Shown one piece after another: positions 54,220 through 64,000 of a stretch of DNA of 64,000 nt. The notes beneath the pieces are model-generated. The model searched no databases. It saw nothing but the letters and a program-made list of their open reading frames with translations, and was not told where the DNA came from. Origin of the DNA: Saccostrea echinata (lineage: Eukaryota). The stretch spans positions 5,146,001 through 5,210,000 of the forward strand of contig NW_026889766.1 in the NCBI RefSeq assembly GCF_033153115.1, in the 5' to 3' direction. Within the stretch, counting starts at the first letter, position 1. Each line of letters starts with the position of its first letter. Both the position numbers and the translations under genes were made by a program.

Positions 54220-55045
54220 ACAAATATCTTGGTAATTTCAGTGTCAGATCATGTGAAGAAGCTAAGAGGAAGTTTACATCAGCAATGCTGGTAGATATCA
54301 GTGACTTCCATGATGTCCAGTGTCAACATTTGTATCGCAAACTTGCATTATATTACACAAAAATACCAGCAGCTGAGTATATCTTTTACAGAAATCTTGG
54401 TAACTTCAATGCCAGGTCATGTGCAGAAGCTGAGAGGAAGTTTATGTCAGCAATATTAAAACATGTAGATATAAGCTAATTCTGAATCTACTAACTTCAA
54501 TGATGTCAACATTTTAATCGCAAACTTGGAATATATTACTCAAAAAGTACTAATGCATAAAGATATCACTACCGATATCTTGGTAACATCAGTACCAGAT
54601 CATGTGGAGAAACAGAGGAAGTTTACATCAGTGATATTAGTAGATATCATCTTAGTAAGAGCACAGTTACTTCAGTGATGTTAAGAATTGTATAAAATTT
54701 ACGTACGATTCACAAATAGTATTAGTAGTTGAAAAGATGACTAAAGGTAAATGTCAATCGTCATCAAATATTATGTGGAGAACCTTGAAGACAATTCTTA
54801 TTACCTGTATCAGTAGATATCAAGTCTCTAAATACTAAGCTACTTGGGGAATGTTAACTTCTTACCAAAAAAAAACGGATTCATATGTCACAAAACGTAC
54901 TAGTTGCTAAAGATATTACAATAGATATCTTGGTAACTTCATTGCCAAATCATGTAGAGAATTAAACAGTAGGTTACATCAGCAACATTAGTTGATATTA
55001 GCTTAGTAAGAACCAAGTTACCTCAATGATGTCAATATTTGCATG
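54220..55045. repeat. ~175-bp tandem repeat, about 5 diverged copies
   Basis: atcttggtaacttcantgccagatcatgtg.agaa recurs at ~54226, 54394, 54578, ~54750 and 54928. Confidence 0.8.
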
Positions 55046-55624
55046 GCAAACAAGCTTTTTTTCAAAGATATAATTATTTCAAAATGCACACGAAACGACA
55101 GTATTAAACTTCAAGTATTAATTTAAAGTAGCATACTATGATATCAGATATTTTTACTAGCGAAACAAAAATAAGAGATTGTTATTCAAAAACTTTAAAA
55201 AATGCATTCAAAACATTTTTTTCCTTTAAATTAATATTGGTAATGTAGCCATTAAATAGAAACTACGTACCTTTAATAACATTTTAAGTCAGTTTCTAGT
55301 AGCCAGCTACTGTAGTAACTAGCTTTACTCACACTTCGCAGCCAGTTACTAGTAGCTAGCTTTATTCATCTTTTAAGTCAGTTACTAGTAGCCAGGTACT
55401 TGCAGCTAACTTTACACATCTATCACACTGTCATTATAACAGGTTAATACAAGTATCATAGTAATTTTCAATATCTAAAATCATTTGGTTGTATTGAAAA
55501 CTTATATATACAGGAAGATTTGATGTTATTAGTTACAAGAGACAAATATATTTTATGTTATCACTGCAGTTGTTACAATTTAAAATATGTAATAGGTACC
55601 TAAAAATATGCACAGCAGGTGGCA

Positions 55625-58600
55625 TATCTGTAAAATTTGTCAGCATTTTAAGTCTCTGAAAAATATGTAAAAATACTTGATACATGGAAAAATACATTTA
55701 TATTTTATTATATATATTGTGCATTTTCTTATTCACAGAAAATGTTCATTAGGCTTGACAGGAAGACAAAGTATCATTTCAATTTTATATTCAAAATACA
55801 TTTAAGAATGCTTTTCAACTGTGTGTTAGCATGATCTTAGCAGTCAAGATTAAATGAATTATTTGGCAAGATAAAAGCAAAAAATGTATTACTATTTTCA
55901 CCAAACATGACCTGATAAATACTATAATTAACCAAATTCCAAATAACTTGGCATATATACATATGGAAAATAATATGCTCATGCACCTTTTGATACAGAT
56001 GAACCTAGATTATAATTTATAACTCTGTTACAGACTGACAACTAGGGGGCGTTGTACTCTTCTGGAGCTGTTGGACTGTGGATCAAGGGGATGGAAGCCA
56101 TTATCTAACGACCTCACTCGTAAAACAGAAAGAGCTTCACTGGTTCAGTCACTTGGCTGTTAAGTGTTCACTGGAGCGTCACTGACCTGTCTGCTGAACC
56201 GTGACATTTTATTTTTAGAAATTAAGTATCAGTAAGTTTGGTTTTGATGAAACGAGAAGGCACCAATATGTTTAATTTCAGGGTTGAGCTTTATTTTTGT
56301 TCAGGTGTTTACTTTTTTTTTGCACAAGTGGGTCAAATTTGGCATAGGTGGGTCAAGTTTTCATGAGAACACTAATGTTTTACTACTGGTTGAACTTGTT
56401 AAATTTGAGCTATATTATAATCAAAACATATCAATTATAATGCAGGAAAAATTTCATTTAAAAAAATTATTTTTTATAAAATTTGAACATCCCTTTGGAA
56501 AAGAGTATTTTTCTACAATTTTGTAAATGCCATGGAGCAACATTTGAGTATCATTCAGAACAGAGTTTCCTATTTTAGATTGAAATTCTGTTATGGTTAA
56601 CTATAGGATCTGCATTTCTGTTATATAATCTTTCTCTCTTTTGTTTTGCATCTAAATTATATTTTTGGAAATTTAATTTCTGAGTTTGCAATTTTTGCAG
56701 TTTCATTCGAAGTGCAGAGTTAGAGCAACTATATCAAATTTGACAGTACCTCATAAACTCCTTAAAAAATGGACAATCACAGAAACTACCTGCTATGTAG
56801 TATATACGCACTTCAATGTTATTGTTTTTTTAAATATGTAAACAAAGTTGATAATTTTTCTTAAGCAAGGGTAAAATTAATTGTATAAAAAAGACTCCTT
56901 AAAAAATGGACAATCACAGAAATAACCTGCTATGTAGTATATACGCACTTCAATGTTATTGTTTTTTTTTTTAAATATGCAAACAAAGTTGTTAATTTTT
57001 CTTAAGCAAGGTTAAAATTAATTGTATAAAAATAATTTAGATTAATTAAGTAATTCAAAAATGAAATTATAATTGATTCTTTGTCCCCTAATTATTACTC
57101 CTGCAATATTGAATATTTCAGGTTCAGTATTATCTACATGTATAATGATACTATTTTTATTGTGGTGTTTCCTATATGATTTTTTTTTTGGATGATCCAT
57201 TCTCTGTTCAATGTTTTAAGGGCATTATTATTGAATTGATGCTTAAGGCTAATTGATTACATTCCTTGTGACTTTAAAATATATCTCAAACTTAATGTAT
57301 ATAACGAATTATATATTATAATGAAGCATAAGCGTCCCTCCCTAGCTGAAGCACTTCACTATAAGCGTGCATTCCCGTAAAGATATGCATAAGCTTTAAT
57401 AAAAGTCTGTATACAGAATATTGAATTTTTTTTAATTACAGTTTAAGTTTTGTGTCAATTGATATGTATACACGAGTACCTTTATTTTCTCACTGTTTTA
57501 TCATTCTTGTTAGATTATGTTCATTCTTCTATTGTTATTGCACGATTAATTGAACCAGGTGTTGAAAAGTGAACTTTTGGTTCAGTTGACAAAATTTATG
57601 GGGTAACAGCATGTGTAAAATTTTTTTTTTTAATTTTTTTTTTTTTTTTTTTTTTTTTTTGATGAACAACTTGAAAAATTTGATGAAATTTTGTTATTGT
57701 AAATTTAATTAAAACAATCAAAAAATAAAAAAAATGAAATCCCTGTGAGAATGCTGACATGATTAGCGTTATATTTTTGTAATTTTGCGTGATTTATAAC
57801 AGAAAGTGAGTAGAGTTGTTTAAATGGTAACTTAAATGTTACTCTGTCTGGTCAGGTTACCACGTGTGGAAAATAATTAGGTAATATTCACCTTTTCGAC
57901 TTATGCATATGGTAAATATGGCTGAGATATTGCCGACTCAGTGTTCAGCAGTAATAAATCAATCTAGTTAGGGCTGATGAAATTATAATTTTATTTATGG
58001 GAAAAATCTTATAAATCTTATAATGATATCACAGTAACACGTTTACGTAAACCGATCATTAGTTCCACGGAATGGAATCATATTCAGCCACAGAAGGGAC
58101 GGAGAATATGTTACAAACAGAAAATTATGTTTTAGGAATAAGATATTTTGCACATCACATAGAATAGACAAGTTCATTTCCTGTAATATTTTTTGATAAA
58201 TGATAACGCTAGATATTTTTAAAAATTCATTTTCCAATTTTAATAAGGTATCAAATTTTGCACAGATCAGGTTTTCTTAAGACAACAAACACAACTTGGA
58301 ATATCCTGTCTCAGTCATATACAGTAACTTTCAAGCAAATGAATGTGATTTTTTTTTACTTTCAGTTTAGGAAATTTATTACTGCTTCTATACAATTTAT
58401 GCTTTGAATTAATATGTCTTCACAAACTGAAAGTATACCTTCACATTCACCAAAGTAATTTGTTATTTGACTCACAGTGTAAAAATATGCTTCTTTATTC
58501 AACAAAATGGAAAAGAAGTGCATAAAATATTTTCTACCTCTCACAACTTGATCAAAATGTTATGCATTTATTCTTATTTTTTTTTCAAAAAACGAATTCT

Positions 58601-59650
58601 TATAAACTTTAAAAATTCTACAGAGTATTTTTTCCCCATACTGTACTTCAGGTTTGCAGAGTAATAAAATAATAATAAGGCTAAAATCAAATTTCGAATG
58701 TGACTTAAGAGTTTATTCTAGTCGTCCTTGAATATATCTGACAGAGCATAACGTTTACGTAGTTTTGGTAACTTGTATGATCATTCTGAAAAGAAAAAAT
58801 AAAATGTTATTTATTAACGTATAAAGTTACTGAATTGTTATGACATTGACACTGAGAAGATAACTTGATAGCTTTGAATTAGTAATAGCTTAGGATTTGT
58901 TGTTTATATAAATATTTGAAGAAATGTCATTGAAACTAGTTCACATTACGTACCTGGCAAATACGACGGTCCATGTTTCCATGTTCTGGAGTTGTAGGAA
59001 AGAAATTGAATTATTTATTCCATAAATGCCTTAGATTACCTTTTCCATTAGAATTTACAACGTATTTTCAAAGGAAATCATTTAAAAGGATCGTAAAACC
59101 CAACATGTATTGAAATTTCCCCTTGTATTAGTCAATGCATACGTTAAATTTTATAAAAATTCTTTCTATATATATATAGACTGATAACTCTAGCACGGAA
59201 ATTGTTAACAATTACATTTTTTAAGTTACTGTAAAAATATTTAGGTTGTGCTGTATCAAAAATTTCTAATGGTATAATTTTTAGAATCTTTGTAACCTCG
59301 TTGTTTTAGGTCCCTTAGACACGTTCTCGGCACTCAGGACTTTTGAACAGTGAGGGTTGTTTATTGTGTCAATTTCTACAGTGATACAGGACCTCAGTTT
59401 TTAAGGTCTCACTAGAAAGACCAATACTTTTTACATCCAATGTTGGGCGCTTGGCAAAAGAATAATCTCTATATATGTGTAGTGCCTTACGTCTGATTTG
59501 GAATCGGGATCGAAAATCAAAGCAGATACTTTCGATCAATAGACTGCAAGGAACAGTAACGATAAATGTGAATGTACCTTGATATTTGTTATAATAAATC
59601 CAGTATTCCTATCAGTATCCACCCCTGTCATTTTTACTCGCAAAACAATT
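55625..59650 (+). repeat. Segmental duplicate 3 (more diverged) of CTIF-like intron 4 end, exon 5, 3' UTR and flank
   Basis: Collinear with 19905-22870 and 44380-47620; includes a 138-bp local tandem duplication at 56757-57030. Confidence 0.88.
56034..56163 (+). pseudogene. Orphan copy of CTIF-like terminal exon with 3' deletion and new C-terminus
   Basis: ttacag acceptor; LTTRGRCTLLELLDCGSRGWKPLSNDLTR then KTERASLVQSLGC* read from former UTR. Confidence 0.8.
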
Positions 59651-60182
59651 ACTGGTTAGTCTAATTTTAGCCTTTCACAGGAAAACGCAACTTTTGACTG
59701 ACTGAAATTTTAAAGTCATTTGTTAATTACAAAATTGTGAGCGAACGTTATGAAACAATAACATTTTTTCCCATGACTTAAAAAATTGATGCGTATTCTA
59801 GAGCAGTTTTGAAGAAAAAATTATCTTAGTATTTTAAAAAATGTTACCCAGTGTCTTTTAATAATAGAAAATACATTTATAAGAAAGAATTCAAAACTTC
59901 TAAGGATCCTGACCAGTTACTAGGACAAGTATGTGAAATTGATACTAAAAGGAAACTCGAAAATTATCTTAATTTCCTCGCTTACAAAATTTGTAAAAAT
60001 TCTAGTAAGACAGACATGTGAAAATGAACAAATAGATAAGTTTAAAATTATTTGATGGTGTGTTAGTCTCAGGTGAACATTATACATAATATAGCCAGTT
60101 TAGCCGGCAAACTTTCTTCTATATTACATTCGGTTTTTTCCTACATTTTCCATATTTCATGTTTTGTTACAATTGCCCTTGC

Positions 60183-60531
60183 ACCGTCATGGTAGCTCAG
60201 TCGGTAGAGAGCTCGCTCCGTGTTCGGAAGGTTGTGTGTTCGAATCATGGCCGCGACTGACCTTGGTCAATAAAAACAGGTAGCAACTGTTCCTTCGCCA
60301 AGCGCTCGGCACTTTGAAGTGAAAGTTGCGGGTCTTTCGGATGAGACCTTAAAATCCGAGGCCTCGTCTCACGGTAGGGGTTGGCACGATAAAGAACCCT
60401 CACTCCTGAATGGCCCTGAGCGCCGAGTAAAGGTCTTAATTTGAAGCCCTTCACCGGTACATGGTGACGTCTCTATATGAGTGAAAAATTCTTGAAAGGG
60501 ACGTAAAACAACATACAATTAATTAATCATT
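60183..60531 (+). mobile_element. Full-length tRNA-derived SINE
   Basis: A and B boxes, core, 13-bp TSD caattg(c/t)ccttgc. Confidence 0.92.
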
Positions 60532-60759
60532 CAATTGTCCTTGCTAATTTAATGATAGTTGAAAGTATTTGTAATAAAAGACTATGTTTTGATAATTTAA
60601 TTTGCAGCGTAGTCCGTCCATATTTGACATAATGGTTATCATGAATAAATATTATCATCTTAACATACACAAAACAGCAAGTATATCAGGTATATGCTAC
60701 ATTTCCTCTGCATTTCGACACAGTTGTTTCAAAAGTTGCCAATGAAAAACTGCTTTAAC

Positions 60760-60978
60760 ATCAAGTATTTTATTATCTTCACATTGTTTGACAGACCTGG
60801 AAAAATGAGTCTGACAACAACATAGAGATTGATATCTTTTATCTCCACTCAAATTGTAAGGAAGAAAAAATTGAACTTTCTGTAACGTAGGAATTATCCG
60901 TTCTGGTCTATGATGTGAACGCATAAATATCATAATCACTTGTACATGTTTAACTCTTGACTGTCTGTAGTGATTCCA
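60760..60978 (-). pseudogene. Relic of a TRIM-NHL C-terminus
   Basis: Minus-strand translation gives GITTDSQ...CVHIIDQNG*FLRY...VKIIKYL with stops. Confidence 0.75.
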
Positions 60979-61090
60979 TTTTGACTGAACACTTTATTCT
61001 ATGGTTTAGTATCTTTGTCCTGGCTAATGTTATGATAGGTCATAATAAGAAAAAAGTCTTTCTGGTTAAAATATGTCTGGCTGTATTCTT

Positions 61091-61093
<3 letters not shown>

Positions 61094-61181
<88 letters not shown>
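61094..61181. repeat. (TA)n microsatellite, ~44 units
   Basis: Direct reading. Confidence 0.99.
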
Positions 61182-61183
<2 letters not shown>

Positions 61184-61299
61184 CAGAAAATAAGTGATCC
61201 ATAAAACATACAGAAATTAAAGAGTACATCAGCTATAAATATGTTTTAGTTACTTCTGCATTTAGACTCTTGTGTCTCAAGAAAATAACTTGATTGATT

Positions 61300-63276
61300 T
61301 CATCGTAAAAATTCAACTTTCTGCACTGTGTTTGGAGAAGAAGAATTTAATTCTGCGACTGCTAGAAACAGATTGTCATCTGAATCGATACACATCCTAT
61401 AAGGTCGAAACTTAAACTTAATGTAGCGTAGGAAATCTCCATTTTTGTCTAAGATGTGGACACAGCAATTATTATAATCCCCTGTAAGGATATTACTTTG
61501 ACTATCTGTGATGATTCCTTTTGGATTGAATACTTTATCAAGTGGGCCAGGTGTGTGTCCATCATATCTGAATTTCAGTTCCCCGACCTGATTGACCACC
61601 ACTACCGCTTTAGCTCCACAATCAGCCACACAGATATCAAGGTTCTTGTTTTCACATATGTGTTTATCAGAACCATCAGATGAATAGAGAAGTTTACCTT
61701 GATCATCAAACTGAATGGATTGATTCTCTGTTGAGCCAGAGTATCGGGTAACTTTTGATTGTTTATCATCACTTTCCATGGTAACGAGCAGGTCACCAGA
61801 GGAGGTGCTACAGACACCAAGAGGTTTCCAGCTTTGTAGTCTGATCACTTCTTGTATCTCTTTTTCTTTTACAATGTTCACAGTTCTCTCCTTCTTATCA
61901 GTATAAACAAGTTCTCCACTTCCCGTTACTGCTAAGTCTGTTGGGATGTTCCCAGACCTGGTTGTGATTGACTTAAGTTCAGAAGTGTTATTGATACTGT
62001 ACAGTTCCATAAAATTGTTGCCTTTACATGTAAGCCATATCTTTGTCTTTCCCAGACAAGCAATATTTATCATCAATTTTGAACATGGTATACTTGTGCT
62101 AAAAATCTGTGGTTCATTCTGCAGCTTTTTGATTAAAAAAGGGGATGCATCTTCTACTGATTTCTGTATCACTGGGGAAGGGAATCCATCTTCTGGTGAT
62201 TTCTTTTCAAATGACGGAAGGGAAGTAACTTCTGGTGATTTCTTTTCAAATGACGGAGGGGAAGTAACTTCAGGTGGTTTTTGTTCGCCTAAAGATGGGA
62301 ACAAGTTCATCTTTAGTGGTTTCGGCGGCACTGGTGGAAAGAATCGGGCTTCTGATGATTGTTGTTTAGCTTGAGGAGAGGATCTAGCTTCTGATGTATT
62401 TTGTCCGACTGGAGGAAAGGATTCCTCTTCTGATGATTCCTGTGTTGTCTTCATACTGTAACCATCCTCCTCTGACGTATCAGATACTAACAATAAAGCT
62501 CCAAAGAGTTTATGAAGTTCCTCCCCTTGAATTGGCCCTGGAATGAATTTAGGTACAAATGATACAAGTTTTTGTGGAAGCTTTTTATATTGATCTACAA
62601 TGGATCTTACATTGATTGTTGTTGAAATGTCATTGGAGTTTGCAGCGGTATCAAGTGAATCGATTTCAATTTTCATGTTGTCAATTTTTTTGTTTATGTC
62701 ATCCAAATGCTTTTTTAATGATTCAAGCTGTGAGACCTTAGTTTCATTAGCCTGAGCCTTAAATTTCGAGACAAGTTGGTCAATTTGCTGGTGCAGGTTA
62801 TTTCCATGTTGTGTTATGGTTGCTGAGAGATCTCCATATTCCTCCTCTAACTGACTTATTCTGATCTGTACGTCAGAGGCAATGCTCTTGTAGGTTGGAT
62901 AAATTCTTTTATGCAATTCAGTTTGCTCTTTTTTTATCATATCTTGCTTTTCACTAAGAACTTGCAAGATTTTTGATAACGTATGACTGAGGTGATGATT
63001 CGTTGCTAGGCAACTGTGACAGACGGGAATATCACAGTGTCGGCAATACATCGCACATTGTTCCTCCTCGTGGGAGGCACAATCGGGATAGAGGGGAGTG
63101 GTATTCCTATACTGAAAATTCACAACTTTGTGATCCTTGGAATCATCCTTTGAGATGTGTTCTCCCACACATGCTTTGCACAGGTTGGCGAGACATCTAT
63201 CACAGTGCATCTGTACTATAGCCGTCTCACAAAGATCACATCGCATCAGGTCCTGGGCAGTGGTACGGGGGTACAT
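61300..63276 (-). CDS. RING-less TRIM-NHL-like protein C (TRIM2/3/71-like architecture), 658 aa, single coding exon
   Basis: CxxC..CxxC..CxxC..H..H B-box 1, CxxH..CxxC..CxxC..H..H B-box 2, coiled coil, Pro/Ser-rich linker, NHL blades (PTDLAV, PLGVC, PKGII, CVHILDKNGDFL); acceptor at 63295. Confidence 0.93.
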   Translation of the reverse strand: MYPRTTAQDLMRCDLCETAIVQMHCDRCLANLCKACVGEHISKDDSKDHKVVNFQYRNTTPLYPDCASHEEEQCAMYCRHCDIPVCHSCLATNHHLSHTLSKILQVLSEKQDMIKKEQTELHKRIYPTYKSIASDVQIRISQLEEEYGDLSATITQHGNNLHQQIDQLVSKFKAQANETKVSQLESLKKHLDDINKKIDNMKIEIDSLDTAANSNDISTTINVRSIVDQYKKLPQKLVSFVPKFIPGPIQGEELHKLFGALLLVSDTSEEDGYSMKTTQESSEEESFPPVGQNTSEARSSPQAKQQSSEARFFPPVPPKPLKMNLFPSLGEQKPPEVTSPPSFEKKSPEVTSLPSFEKKSPEDGFPSPVIQKSVEDASPFLIKKLQNEPQIFSTSIPCSKLMINIACLGKTKIWLTCKGNNFMELYSINNTSELKSITTRSGNIPTDLAVTGSGELVYTDKKERTVNIVKEKEIQEVIRLQSWKPLGVCSTSSGDLLVTMESDDKQSKVTRYSGSTENQSIQFDDQGKLLYSSDGSDKHICENKNLDICVADCGAKAVVVVNQVGELKFRYDGHTPGPLDKVFNPKGIITDSQSNILTGDYNNCCVHILDKNGDFLRYIKFKFRPYRMCIDSDDNLFLAVAELNSSSPNTVQKVEFLR

Positions 63277-63332
63277 GACTTAGACCTTGTGGATCTAAAA
63301 CAAAATAGACACTATAGGACTTTCTGTTTATA

Positions 63333-64000
63333 CGAGGGCTGTTCGGAAATTATTGATACATTTACTTCTACTCCATAACGGACAGAGATAAATTCATGAA
63401 AATTTGTCAAGATTTTATGAACAACGAATAAAAGAAATGTGCAAAATTTCTAATTTATAGGATAATTAGACAAGTTGCGGTGAAATTATAAATATGCATA
63501 CGTCCACCGACCCGGAGAAGCATCGCTACTTCATTTTAAGGTCACGTCAGCCGAAGATGTTTTCGCATGTGAAACGATCGGGAAGCGTTTACTCATCTTT
63601 CTCTGTTATCACATATAACATTCAAAAAATCAAATGTCTCTTTTCTTAAACGATTCTTTAAAAAAATAAAAATAAAATGTGTGCTGTTGCTACCCCAGTG
63701 TAAAATATACATGAAGTGTCAAATACAAGTGGCTTAGCATCATGTAGTACCGATTTATGCAAAGAGGGTCAACGTTATTTAGTCCGTAATAATTGATGGT
63801 CGTCGAGTTTTTGTTTTTACTCTGGTTGAATTATTTTAAGAAAAAAATATATATCACTGAAAAAATCAAACCTATAGACACATTTTTTCACATTGTTATT
63901 GTTTTAGTAGGTCGTTTAGTCTGCAGGAAAAGAGTTCACTTTAGCGCTACACAAAATTTAAGGTATGCTCGCTGCGCTGCCTTGACGTCAAAATCCGTTT
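63333..64000. mobile_element. Probable Tc1/mariner-family non-autonomous element, one end seen
   Basis: TA|cgagggctgttcggaaa terminus; a similar terminus at 30211-30230; no partner TIR inside the window. Confidence 0.45.

Noticed and set aside
60957-61229. YI-repeat ORFs
   Set aside because: Translations of the (TA)n microsatellite.
61946-62374. Antisense ORFs over TRIM genes (also 39408, 50630, 51919)
   Set aside because: Shadow ORFs of the coding strand with no independent support.
63277-64000. Upstream RING-encoding exon for TRIM-C
   Set aside because: No RING Cys/His pattern seen. All three paralogues have an ATG at the same position just after the acceptor, and the first exons of A and B look non-coding. 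An exon beyond the window cannot be excluded.

Overview
AT-rich animal genomic DNA. The repeat families and gene content suggest a bivalve mollusc, probably an oyster (inference). The window holds two spliced + strand genes: an LHFPL2-like tetraspan gene (3 coding exons, 233 aa) and a compact CTIF/MIF4GD-family MIF4G-domain gene (5 coding exons, 273 aa, N-terminal RG repeat). These are followed by a - strand cluster of RING-less TRIM-NHL-like genes (B-box, B-box, coiled coil, NHL propeller): one intact, two frameshifted, one C-terminal relic. The cluster arose by tandem duplication of a unit that also carried the last exon and 3' UTR of the CTIF-like gene, so orphan copies of that exon sit at about 44.8 kb and 56.0 kb. 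The 56 kb copy shows a strong excess of synonymous changes. Intergenic and intronic DNA is dense with transposons: tRNA-derived SINEs, Helentron/HINE satellites, Kolobok-, hAT-, Mutator-, EnSpm- and Crypton-like non-autonomous elements, Penelope-like fragments, and a nested Tc1 > Merlin > RTE stack. All exon boundaries and codon counts were read by eye; family names come from remembered motifs, not database searches.
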